Below are positions 46,657-58,614 of a stretch of DNA of 64,000 nucleotides, one piece after another (within the stretch, counting starts at the first letter, position 1; each line of letters begins with the position of its first letter). The notes beneath the pieces are model-generated. The model did not search any database and was not told the origin of the DNA. It saw nothing but the letters and a program-made list of their open reading frames with translations. Source of the DNA: an uncultured Nitrososphaeraceae archaeon (GTDB lineage Archaea > Thermoproteota > Nitrososphaeria > Nitrososphaerales > Nitrososphaeraceae); the NCBI GenBank assembly GCA_963825865.1, contig CAWGVG010000060.1, forward strand, positions 192,001 to 256,000. Reading direction: 5' to 3'. The position numbers and the translations under genes are program-made.

Positions 46657-47385
46657 ATGTCATTAAGAAAAGAAGATAAAGAACGAAAAGAGAAGATGGC
46701 GTCCAATCAACCGTCGCAAGACATTACGCCAACAGAATCGGTGAACACGGCGACGACCACTACCACAGAGTCCTCACAGTATGCAGAACAACAACAACAG
46801 CAGTATGCAGTAAATAGAGCATTAGATGATACTAGAGATAACATCAGAAAATCTATAGATGAAGCAAGAAGCCAGATTCCACACTATACCCAATCAGTCA
46901 ATGATTATCAAGAACAGACTATCCAGGCCAGTAGAGAAATTGCTGATAATTATATAGAATCGCAAAAAGAGATTATCAATTCGCTACAGGCAGCGTGGGT
47001 TCCGTTTGCTGAAAATACGTATAAAATGAATTATGAGTGGTGGATATCTCCAAGAAAAATGACTCAAATATATGCTAATATGGTTAGCAGTATTGCAGAC
47101 AATACAATTGCTGCAACCAGACTAGCAAATAATATGATATTTGCAAATATGGAAGTATTTAAAAATTCAATGCAGCAAGCAAAGGATAATTCAAAAGAAT
47201 TATCTAGAATAAGTGTAAATGCTATAAAGTCTGCTGAACAAATATCAAGGGATACTCCTGCTACTGTTTCCCGATTCTCTGGTAAAAGAGGATATTTTGA
47301 AGTAGAAGAAGAACAAGAGCAACAAATTCCATCAAGAGGAAATGAAGAAGAAACTCAGAGCAATAGAAGCACAAGATCACATTAG
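46657..47385 (+). CDS. Amphipathic helical protein, phasin-like
   Basis: VNRALDDTRDNIRKSIDEARSQIPHYTQ..QEQTIQASREIADNYIESQKEIINS..SPRKM..YANMVS; Q/A/N-rich helices. Confidence 0.6.
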   Translation: MSLRKEDKERKEKMASNQPSQDITPTESVNTATTTTTESSQYAEQQQQQYAVNRALDDTRDNIRKSIDEARSQIPHYTQSVNDYQEQTIQASREIADNYIESQKEIINSLQAAWVPFAENTYKMNYEWWISPRKMTQIYANMVSSIADNTIAATRLANNMIFANMEVFKNSMQQAKDNSKELSRISVNAIKSAEQISRDTPATVSRFSGKRGYFEVEEEQEQQIPSRGNEEETQSNRSTRSH

Positions 47386-47619
47386 TGGGGGAAGGAGAGA
47401 GCAAACCATAAGTGATTTTCCTGGGACTGCAGCAGTTGGGCAAGCTCTAAAGGGCTTAAGATTTCCGGCAGACAAAAATAAGATAGTGCAGTTTGTACAA
47501 CAACAATCCAAGACCAATCCAGACTGTCAAAAAATGGTACCTTTACTACAAAGAATTGAAAATAGGCAGTACCAGAGAATGTATCTGATGTTACCAAAAC
47601 AGCTGGTCTAGTTGAGTAA
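47342..47619 (+). CDS. DUF2795 domain protein, frameshift near C-terminus
   Basis: VGQALKGLRFPADKNKIVQF...LQRIENRQYQ/NVSDVTK. Confidence 0.75.
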
Positions 47620-48213
47620 TATACATGCAAACAATTGTAATATTAATAGCATGGAAGTAGAATTTTTTTATTACTCATGTCCCTTGGTATACTTTATCAA
47701 AAAGAATACTGGATAGAGAAAAGACAAAGATACTTTAAAAATACTGAAAATCTTTCTACCTTTATTTTTCTTACTACAAAAAATGATCAATTAAATGAGC
47801 GATAGGATAACAAATATTCTTTTTTATAGAAAACTATTATTTCCTATAAAAAATATCTGTTTTTTTGTGAACTAGGAACTTAAATCTACAATTGATAAGA
47901 TAAAACAGTATCAGATTCAACAATAACATGAAGTTTAATATAGTTGGCAAAAAATTCAAATGCAATACTAAAAAACATAGACGACAAGAACACTAGGTAA
48001 ACCGCATAATTATTATTCATTCATTAAATGAAGCTTCGATTATGAAACAGGCACCATTTTTATTATATCATAGGCGAACTTTATACTAACAAGTTCAGAA
48101 TAACATCAATACGATACAGTAAGTGTAACCAATAATGTAGAGAAAATATAATTAATTGTTATATAATAATCATATAGATGCGTTAATACACTTAAGAAGA
48201 TTATACAATAACA

Positions 48214-48631
48214 ATGAGTGGCATTACAGATAAAGTCAAGAAAAAAGTAACAGACGTCAAAGACAAAGTAGCAGGTACTGCGAATAAGGCAACAAGCAGG
48301 TACTAAAGAAAAGGTCTCGTCCTCGACCTCTCCTTCATCTAGTAGTGATAGCAGTCAAAGTAGAAGATATCAAGAAGGTGCTGCTGCTGACACTAGGAGT
48401 GAGAGAACAAAAGACTCTACTCAAGAATATGATGAAAAAGAACCAATGTCTCCAGCTAAAATAAAACAACATGAACCAACTGCCGTACGCAGAGATCCAA
48501 ATGATCAAAAGATTGTAGAAAGAACACAGAAATCAGAAGCAAGCGCTGAAGATGCTAAAGAAAAAGCCAGAAGAAGTGGCATGACAAAAGGAACTGCAGG
48601 TGCTGCCGAAACTGATAGTGAACACGAATAA
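48214..48631 (+). CDS. LEA-like hydrophilic stress protein, frameshift near 48300
   Basis: MSGITDKVKKKVTDVKDKVAGTANKA/..EPMSPAKIKQHEPTAVRRDP..AEDAKEKAR; no hydrophobic core. Confidence 0.55.
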
Positions 48632-48982
48632 GGTGCTGCTGGATCCAATAAGTATTAGTATTAGCAGCATATAGATAGCAATCACAAATAAAAGAAAGAT
48701 CCTGTGATCTTCTTTTTTTACTATAGCATGTAGCTAAGTAAAAAATAATTGATGTTTGATATTAGTTTTTGAAGTATTGATCAGGGGAGAACTGAATTGA
48801 CTCAGTTTTCCTATAATGTTTTCTGGATATTATTAACGAAATGTACTAACTAACGGTTTTGCCTTTTTTTCTTAACTTGCTTATTCTCTTTTTTAGAGTA
48901 AAAAATTATTCGCTCTCGTTTCCAATTGGGGAGGCAAGAGCTTCTGTTGTTTTTCTTGATGGTCTAATCTATTGTATCACTG

Positions 48983-49579
48983 CTATTTACCACCGAAAAT
49001 CTTTCCTATTATTGGAATCTTGGCTAGTGGATTTCCTGTATTGTTTCCAGTCTGACTAGCTGGTTGCGACGGTTGTTGTTGTTTGGCTGCTGCAGTTGTT
49101 TGATTAGCTGCTGGCGATGGTGAGGCTGGTTGTTTGGTTGCATTACCTGTTGAAGTTGTTGACACATTAACTGGCGCGGTTGTTTGATTAATTACTGTAG
49201 TCGTTGCTTTTCCAGCAGGTGTGACGCTTGTTTGATTGCTGCTCACAGGCGGTAATTTCGCTTGACTGCTCGTCAAAGATGATAGATTTTTTGTTTGATT
49301 AACAGAAAGAGGTGTTTTTTCAACTGGCTTGGCTGTTTTTTCAATTGTAGTACTCGTCTGATTTGCTGGTATAGTTGTTTGGTTAATTATTTTTGTTGCT
49401 TGTTTTCCAGCAGGTGTTACTGTTGTCTGGTTGCTATTAGAAGAGGAGGAGGTGGATGCTTGGGTTTGATTTTTTTGTGCAAATGCGACTATTGCTGGTC
49501 CTACAGAGCCGCTCGACGCCAATATGACACCAAAAGCAAGTGTTAAAACAATGACCAAGGATGTTATTTTTTTTTCCAT
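48983..49579 (-). CDS. Secreted T/Q/N-rich low-complexity protein
   Basis: Signal peptide ending AFAQ, many NQT sequons, internal repeat SNQTxVTPAGK..INQTT, C-terminal NPLAKIPIIGKIFGGK. Confidence 0.8.
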   Translation of the reverse strand: MEKKITSLVIVLTLAFGVILASSGSVGPAIVAFAQKNQTQASTSSSSNSNQTTVTPAGKQATKIINQTTIPANQTSTTIEKTAKPVEKTPLSVNQTKNLSSLTSSQAKLPPVSSNQTSVTPAGKATTTVINQTTAPVNVSTTSTGNATKQPASPSPAANQTTAAAKQQQPSQPASQTGNNTGNPLAKIPIIGKIFGGK

Positions 49580-50097
49580 AAAGTATTAGGTACAAAAAAG
49601 CATTTTAACAGTTGCATCTCTAGGACTTTGCTTATGCTTTAGAAACTGGAGTCACAGAAGCAGGAAGAACAACAACATGCAGTCCATGCTGGAGAAGCTG
49701 ATTGCAGGCGTAAGTAAGGACCTTATGCTTGTTCATTTCACATTGGTTTTTATCATATAATCCATTTACGTTGAAAACATGGAATACATACTTATTTAAC
49801 AAACAGTAGATAATAATACTCAGTACAAAGCGAAGTTCCATATAAATACATAATTTACAACAGTTTTTCGAATGAAACGAAATACTTTTGCGTTATTTCG
49901 ATTTCGTTATAGTAGTAGAGGCAGGTTGCAACAGTAATCTTGTATTTTATATCTATATTTTACCATTTTTTATCTGCATTCAGATCAGTTGTTGCGAAGG
50001 ATGTCACTTACCAAAATTCAAGAGAATACGGAAGGCATCTAGATTAAAATGTTTTACATTTTCTCGCAACAGCGAGCTAAAATTTGGATGACAAATT

Positions 50098-52135
50098 ATG
50101 TCTAGGCTAATAAAACAGCTTTCTACCTTTTTTACAATTGCGCTGCTTTTAACATCTATTATTGTTATTTCTGGTGGCACTGATGGTAATGGTCGTAGGT
50201 TTGCATCTGCTCAGACGACTTCTGTGAATCATCCGCCTTCACCTGATCCCAAGGCTGTTACAACAAACGAAAATACTCCAATCGAGATCACTTTAACAGG
50301 CACTTACCCCGACCCTGGAGATACTGTGACATTTACTATTCTGGACAGGCCACTGCATGGAGCTCTATCAGTCGGTTCTAGCCATAACAGCGTCACATAT
50401 ACTCCGATGGCAGGATATGTTGGACTTGATGCTTTTACATACACGGCAACAGATAACCATGGATTTGCTCGTACCAAGGCACTGGTGAGTATAACTGTCA
50501 GTGGGCCTACTACAAATCCTCCACCCCCGACTGTTAATGCTGGTCCGGATCAAATAGTTAATGAAAGCTTACCTGTTACACTTGATGGAAGTAAAAGTAC
50601 TGACCCACGTGGTGGTACGCTAACGTATTCGTGGAAACAGACTGCTGGTCCTGTTGTGACGTTAAGTAGTAACAACTTCTCCCATAACTACATTTACAGC
50701 TCCTACTATTTCGACTAATTCTGCAGTACTTGCGTTTGAATTGACAGTTAAAAATGGAGATGGTTTAACTGGCAGTGCCACAGTCCATATTACGGTAAAT
50801 CATGTAACTCAACCGCTCTGTCAAAAGATTCCAATAAGTAATGTTGCAGCCATTGATGATGATGGTATTAATCACCCTACTAATGCCATAGACAATAATC
50901 TTAATACACGCTGGTCAAATTTGGGTGTAGGTTCATGGATACAAGCAGATCTAGGATCACAGATGACTACTTGTATTATAGATATTACATGGTATAATGG
51001 TAATCAGCGGCAGAATAATTTTGTTATATCTGTTTCAAGTGATGGAAGTACTTTTACTCCTGTATTTACAGGAAAAAGCACTGGAACAACTTTATCATCA
51101 CCTGAGAGGTATAACTTGCCTGCAAATACTGTCGGTAGATTTGTAAAAATTACAGTCAATGGAAATACACAGAATAATTGGGCATCCATAACAGAAATTG
51201 CTGTTAATGGACTTGCAGGTAACACTCCAGCACCGCCACCGCCTCCACCCACACATTCCAATGGTATAATCCACGGCGCTATGACTGATGAGGCAGGCCA
51301 CGAGGATGGTAATGCAAATTTGGTAAACGCGTTTAACAATCTGGCTGGAAAAAAGATAGGTGTTGCATTTTTTAGCGATAACTGGTTTAATGGGATACAT
51401 TTTCCACTTGATAAATGCATTTCCATCAGGACTACCGGCGCTGTTCCTTTTATCAGAATACAGAATTGGGTTAGGGAAGGAGATACACTTTCCGATGCCG
51501 GGCCATATACCCATAAAAATATCATAGCAGGGATGTTCGATACTCAGTTAAGAGCATATGCGCAAGCAGCCAAAAGTTTTGGAACGACATTGATAATAGA
51601 ATATGGGGTAGAAGTAAATGGTAATTGGTTCCCTTGGAGCCAGGAAGGACCAGAGCCTTACAAGGCAGCATACAGACATATTGTAAACCTTTTCAGAGAA
51701 CAGGGTGTTACAAATGTAAGATGGGCGTTCCATGTTGACGCTACAGACAACAATAATGGCTACAAATGGTACCCTGGGGATGATATCATAGATTGGATAG
51801 GAACCAGTTGTTACGGGGCTGAATCAAAGAAAGGCTGTATTAGAACTTTACAAAATACCTATGATTCATTTGCCAGTATTTCAACAACAAAACCGCTAGG
51901 CATCTTTGAATGGGGCATAGGTGATGCAACAGATACAACAAATACACTTCATGCCTTAGCTACAGACCCTAGATATTCGAGGATAAAATTACTACAGGTT
52001 TGGAATGAGGGCGTTGTGCCAGGCCACCCCGAGGACAAAGTTCCTGACGGAAGGATCAACGTAACTCCACAAAACCTTCAAGCCTATCGCCAAGGCATTG
52101 CAAATCAAGCCTATGTATCGACATATCATGATTAA
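50098..52135 (+). CDS. Secreted multidomain GH26-like glycoside hydrolase (Ig-like, PKD, F5/8C/CBM32, catalytic), frameshift near 50680
   Basis: VTTNENTPIEITLTG..YTP..G.DAFTY; VNAGPDQ..LDGSKS.DP..YSWKQ; NAIDNNLNTRWS..WIQADLG; VEVNGNWFPW, YPGDDIIDWIG, KPLGIFEWG. Confidence 0.85.
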
Positions 52136-53030
52136 CTAGCTGTTGTACTTGCTGCCTAAGAAAAGCATAAGTTTAATTAAAGAAAGAACAAACTTTTTTC
52201 TTTAAACAATAATAATATTCTGTAATCTTTTCTTTCATTCGTGAACTATCTTTGTATGATTTTAGCAGTAAATGAATATTTTAACATATCGACCTATCTC
52301 TAAGAGAAGCAGTTGCGATGATATCAATATAACTGACATGTTTGCAGATAATGGATTTGGTAATTTACTATTTCTTAGATCTTTGAATCTCTCTCCTTTA
52401 ATAGATCGATTAAAATTGGTCGCTTCCCTTCTTTTTTCATTTTTATATATTAACTTTTATTATTAATCTTGGCGACAACCTCATTTAAGCGCAGATTCAT
52501 AGTGGTAAGTTTTTGAAAGATGCAAAATAAGCATTCCAACATCATCATTAAAATACCAGGAGAAATTCTAACATCAAAAAACTCAAAGCCTTCTTCCTTT
52601 GAATGTCTTTTGATAGATTCTAATAGTCCTCGTTATTGATTCAAAAAGACTAAGAAATCATAAGCAGGTGTATTATTATTTTAAACTTTTTTAACTGCTT
52701 TTTTTACTCCACTTTAAGATATTTGCAGCCTCTGAACAAGGTAATTGGTCTTGTCTATTGCTGTCAGTCGTACAGGTTATAGATAACTTTAATGCAATCT
52801 GTTGACCATAGAAATATATATTCTAAGATATATAATAATACGCATAGTCATGACAGTGTGAAGTGGTTCGATACCGCCAAATATGCTCAAGGATACAAGA
52901 AATACAAAAAAAATTTGATGACTGAATGATGATTAGAGCAAAATATTTGATTAGTAAAATGTTCTACTCCTCTATAATTATATCTGGGGCTAGTTCGTTA
53001 TTATTATAATTATTATCACCTAGTGATTGC

Positions 53031-53043
53031 TTAACATAGTTAA
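53031..53043. promoter_or_regulatory. TTAAC-N3-GTTAA palindromic motif upstream of 53080
   Basis: TTAACATAGTTAA, identical to the copy at 59897. Confidence 0.5.
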
Positions 53044-53079
53044 TTCAAGTTTATTAGTCATGCATTAAAAACGCAGATA

Positions 53080-53698
53080 ATGTACTTAATAGTAGTGTCA
53101 GTAATAGCATTGTCTCTTACTTTGGCTCTTGTTTTAGGTGCAGTCTTGCCATTTTTTAAATATGGATATGTTTTTGCTCAAAGTGACCAGAACACGTCGT
53201 CAGAACCGCAAAGGCTAGGAACAAACACTATTCTATCCTTTCCAGATGTAAATATGACAGATATCAATGGTCAATCCATCACTTCACTTGATGAAGAATT
53301 TATACTGACGCAGAATCCTGGAAACAATAGTCAAATCAGTGCGGCAATAAAGAATCCTAATTATTCATTATCTATACCCATTCCTAAACTGATTGTAGGA
53401 CAAAATTTTAAAATAAATTCAACTTCTGATCAAGATATCAGATATATCACGGGTAGTGTAAAAATGGCGCCAATACTATTTACTCCCAGCAATGTGTCTC
53501 TATCAGATATTGATCCTGAGGATGATATGCAAATAGGCCAACCAATCGATCTTGGAAATTATAATAATGATACGAGTGGTACTTTTGTTATACCGCAAAG
53601 TACACCAGCCTGGAAATTATATTCTATATGTATACCTATACTATCCAAACGGTGTCATAGGAGTATTCAGTAATGAAGTGACCGTAGCTAAGCAGTAA
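53080..53698 (+). CDS. Secreted hypothetical protein, frameshift near 53610
   Basis: Signal peptide ending VFAQ; beta-rich; tail GTFVIPQSTP/GNYILYVYL..GVFSNEVTV. Confidence 0.6.
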
Positions 53699-53725
53699 AA
53701 ATCATTAATAAGACAAGGTGATCAT

Positions 53726-54918
53726 ATGACAAAAAACTCATTTGATTTGGGATCTAACGAAGTTTTCAATGATAATATCCGGTGGTTACTTTACTCTGGC
53801 ATTAGAATAAAAAATGGTCCTCGAAAAGGAGCTGTTTACGGTTGGAAAAATCTAAATCCACCGTATCCTTTTATATATACTGAGATCACAGGGTATGCAT
53901 TAACATCATTGATATACATTTACTCAGAATTGTCACAGCCTGAAGCATGCTGCCAAGGATTCTGCAAATTGGTTAATCCAAAATTTAAATAATTCAGCAT
54001 CACAGTCATCATTACTACTGCCAGCAGGGATCATAGAGGCAGATAAGTTCGATCAAAAAGGAGATTTATCAAGCAAATTTACGCATTCGATAACGGAATG
54101 GTAATAATAGGGTTGTTAAGCGTTTATAAAATTACAAAGGATCGAAATCTTTTAACAGCTGCAGAGAATATGGCAAAATCATTAATTAGAAGATTTTTCG
54201 ATGGATCGAAATTAGTTGCTGTTTTAGATAATTTATTTAACCCTATAACTCGCAATAATTTTGGAAGTATTGGTATTAAATGGTCAACTGTTTCTGGCGC
54301 ATATCATTCTAAATTATCATTGTGTTTATTAGAGCTGTCACGCTTAACTAATAATGACAGTTATACAAAAGTATCCGATTCGATTTGCAGATTTGCCCTA
54401 AAATTCCAGAAGGATGATGGTCGATTTATAACCAATCCTGATCAGGAAAATATAACATATATTCATCCCCATTTGTATGCCTGTGAAGGTCTCATTTATG
54501 GAGGGACCAGCCAGTTACAATGAACGATATCTTTCAGCAGGCATAAAAGGTGTTATATGGGCAATGAAACAAATCGATCCGTCAACCGGCGGGTTGCCAA
54601 GAAGTACCAGCAGAAAAGTCGATAGAGCAATCGGATTGTATGGCTCAACTGCTGCGTCTGTTAATTTTATGTCGTTCACAAATACAAGGATTCGTGAAAA
54701 ATTCTTATGGCTTCATAGATAATCTTATCAATAGACTACAGCTAAGACTTTTGGACTTTTATATCGCTGAAGGGGCGGATCGAGGAGGAATAAGGTATCA
54801 TCTTTCTTTGGATACCGCGTGTAGCTGGTGCACTATGTTCACGACGCAAGCTTTAAGACTTTGGATAAACAGGAAAGAATTCGAAAAGGAAAATAAATGG
54901 ATAGACTACTATGTCTAA
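53726..54918 (+). CDS. (alpha/alpha)-barrel protein (six-hairpin glycosidase/epimerase-like), several frameshifts
   Basis: FIYTEITGYAL, YAFDNGMV, WSTVSGAYHSK, QKDDGRF, HPHLYACEGL, EQSDCMAQLLRL, CSWCTMF. Confidence 0.6.
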
Positions 54919-55086
54919 TCAAACAAAACTCTTGCTCTCTAAATAAATATAACAAAAAACAACGTTTTTCATCAATGGGAGGCGGTTCTAAATGCTATCA
55001 AATAGACACTGAAAAACTGCATGAAATTACATTTAAAATATCGGGCCAGATCCATAGAAATAACGAATCTATATTCATACAGTCGA

Positions 55087-57994
55087 TTATTTGCTATTAT
55101 TGTTGTTTTTGTCCAATGCAAATGTAGGCTCTATTTTATATATTACTCCATCTGTATCAGGTGGAGGCTGAAATTGTTTATTTTGATGATAACTTTTGAG
55201 TGAAAGAATATAAAAATAACCATCAGGTCCTACCTCGATGTCAGTAATATTGCCAAATCCTGCACCAAAGACCAATGGTTTAATCTCCTGCACATCATCT
55301 GCAACCTTGTCTGCAAGCGGTCCACTAAGCAGAAATTCTGTTCTATTTTGATTTAGTTTAAAGTCATAAATATCTCCATTGTTAAAATCTCCAACAAACA
55401 TGTCATTTTCATACTTTTTTCCCAACTTATCAGAGCTGAAGAACTTCAGAGCTGTAGGCATAATTGGCTTGTACCATATAAATTCGGGGACCCTGTATTT
55501 TCCTTTTCCATCAAAATCTACCAAATTATCTGGAATTAATGTGGTGCCTCCTGGTCTAGTATAATTTATTGTCTTCCAAATACCCTGTACCTGGTTCCAT
55601 CCGCTATTAAATCCAGGTTCGACCAAGTTAACCTCGTCGCCATAGGTTGGGCCAATTTCTGTATCCCATAGATTTTTGTTTAGGGGATCAAAGTCCATAC
55701 CAAAAATATTTCGTATTCCATAAGCATAGTAGTATTTATTCATAACTTGTTTGTTGTCACAAAGTATGCTGTTAACTACCTGACCATCTTGTGTTATTCT
55801 AAGTATTCCACTAGTACCATCAGGTGCCTGTCCGCCCTTTACATTTTGAGCTTGAGTTTTGTGACCGTCAACATCTCCAATAGTAATATATACATTGTCA
55901 TCGGGTCCGATAAGTACTCTCCCACCATTATTATTTGGGCCAGGAGAAGCAGGAAGATTTATCAAGAGTTTAGGGTTTACAAGTTTGTTGTTAAGTATTT
56001 CATATCTATAAAGACGATTGTTCAATATATTTTGTGCATTTTCTATAGTGTTGTTCTTACTGCCTTTTGATAGATACTCAGTATAGTATAGAAAGACATA
56101 TGTTTTTCCGTTTTCTTTATGATTTGCTACAGCGATTCCTAGCAATCCCCTTTCACCTTTGTTTGAAATATTAACGTGAAGAAGAGGTTCTTGCAAGACT
56201 GTGCCATTTATTATCCTTCTTACATTACCTTCATTTTTCTCCAAAACAAGAAGGTCGTTTGGGCCTACAAATGCCATCCCTATAGGGAACTTGATGCCGC
56301 CGCCGACTACCGGTTTTGCAATAAAGTCGCCTCTTTTCAAAATATCGTATTGTTCATTTTCGTAAATAACATGATATGATTGCCTCAAAACTCCATTTCC
56401 AACAGACTGCCACCTCGCAAGTAGATCATCTATTTTTGATTGCCACTGTCCCCACATGTGATAAGTAGGTTCTGCTCTGTCTTCCTGTGTAGATGACCTA
56501 TCCAAAACAATATAGTCTGCATATACCCAAGGATTTGCTTGGGAGGTATTCCAGTATTTTCCACTTCCTATATCAATGAAATTCCTAAGAGGTATACCAC
56601 TTTCAAACATTATTTCCTGACCATGCTGTGTTCCAACGAAGAGTAAGATATCACCTTCAGTATACAATTTCTTCAGATCCCTACCAGTATTAAGCGCAAC
56701 TTGATCACTCCTTAAGAAAGGTATCATAGAGTCAGCATCGTGTAAAGCAACAACTTTCCCTATATCGAAAATCTGGGTTCCTGCCGTAAATCCCCATAAT
56801 ACCATCACAAATATTATAGCCGGTATAGTTAAAGGAAACCGAAGTAAATGCAAAGAATGGTGCCATAAATACAAGGTATCGACCATTAGACCATCCGCCG
56901 TTTTTATCTGGAAATATCTCTTGGTAACCCAGCAGAATAGAAGCAAAGTCGCTTAGCGTTGGAATGATTAACATAATCGGCAATAAGAAGGTGAATGGAA
57001 GGATCTTTTTTCCTCTATACATATATAAATATAACGAGAATCCCACAACGGAAAGAATTAACACCGGCATACCGTACATTGATTTAGATACATCAAATAT
57101 TATTGATAACAAACCTGTAGGATTAAGATATAGATAGTTGCTAAATGGCATAAATGAGGTTTGTACTTTAGCAGAATAAGGACCGGTCGCAAAGTACAAA
57201 GGATCTTTTTGTACTAAAAAATTCCATATAGTCCACATAAATATGCCAGCAAAACTATATGGAATAGCAGCTGCTATAATTGCTCGAATTCTGTATATCA
57301 CGGCCTTCCTGCGTGACGTCAATAGAATAGCTAATAATATGAATACAAGAGCAAAAGGTAGGAACCAGCCATCATAGCCTGTCAAAGTAGGCAGCAGATA
57401 TAGCAAATGCAGATTTAATAATAATTCTATATTGTTTCCAAATATCGGTATCGTTCGTAGCATAAGTATGATACCATTTGTGAATATAATAAACAGAGAG
57501 TATAAAAAACATCATAAATGGAGATTCCATCATGGGGACCACTCCCATATACATGACAGAAGGATTGATAAGATAAATACAAGAAGCCAAAATACCTGCT
57601 AACGCACAATCAAATTGTAGTCTTACTATCCTGAATAATAATACAGCCGTTACTACTGTAGACATTGTGCTTACGACAGTGCCTGCCAGTCCACTATGAA
57701 ATAGAAAATTGTTGGTAACAAATGGCAAGAGCAAAAGGTGAGTTAGAGGTGGCCATACTGATCCAAGCTGCCCAAGACCAGGAGTTAGTGAGTCAAGAAT
57801 CTCCCTAGATATTACCAAATGTGATATGGCATCGCTGTAATATATTATAGAATTCGGATCATATCCCAATATGAAAATAGGAAAATAGTACATTGGTCAG
57901 TATTGCTCCACAAATAATGAATATTTCTGAATGTACGTTTTGTATAATCATGGTGACTTGAAAATATTTTCCGAATTTTTGTAATACTTGCCAT
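55087..57994 (-). CDS. GT-C membrane glycosyltransferase (PMT/ArnT-like) fused to a PQQ-dependent sugar dehydrogenase (GSDH propeller); frameshifts in the GT-C part
   Basis: YYSDAISHL..ILDSLTPGLGQLGSVWPPLTHLL, PMMES, YDGWFL, NGRY; then in frame FPIGMAF..LVLEK..GERGLLGIA..GGRVLIGPD..YGIRN.FGMDFDP..DEVN..PGFNSGW..ITDIEVGPDG. Confidence 0.75.
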
Positions 57995-58004
57995 TCTATT
58001 ATGT

Positions 58005-58614
58005 CTAATTTTTCGTTTCAATAGAGAATCCGTGGTATGTCTTGCGCCAAACTTTTGGTCTAAAAAATAATTCAAAAATTGCGATTGTAGAAGGAATGCT
58101 TTGTAAGAATAGATAGAATGGCATCAAAAAAGCAAACTTTACTTTCTTTAGAGCATCTTGATCACCTTGTCTAAATAATGCTTCTTGCGCCATAATTGGA
58201 GTATAGAATATACTAAAAATAAAGGCCAACAATGACCCATAAAAGATAAGGGTTTACTAAATTTGGAAGGGTTAACTCCTCTCTATAGACTGGTAGCAGT
58301 ATAGATATTACGGGGAGTCTAAAATCTGGTATTTCATTTGTTTCGATATCCTGTACCTCAGTTATCTTGGTATTTTTCCAAAAAACTTTGATTGATAGAT
58401 ATATCAATAACAGGTCTGTGAAAATAAATATTCCCATAGCAAAACTAGCATAAACTAATATGACAATACTGGCAGGATTCAAAAGGATCCACTGTTACCT
58501 ATGTCATAGATGCCTACTGTGCCTGCTTGGTATATCATTTTATCTCGAATCGCAGCAAATACCGACCATAATAATAATGATGATAAGGATAACAACATGA
58601 TTTAAGCTTGCCAT
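58005..58614 (-). pseudogene. Processive-type GT2 glycosyltransferase with most of the catalytic domain missing
   Basis: N-terminal TMs and LPVISILLPVYREE..LPNLV join directly to C-terminal TMs ending LMPFY.FLQSI..AI.ELFFRP..WRKTYHG; no DxD or QxxRW. Confidence 0.7.

Noticed and set aside
52845-52890. GGTTCGATACC resembling a tRNA T-arm
   Set aside because: No acceptor, D or anticodon stems can be formed around it.
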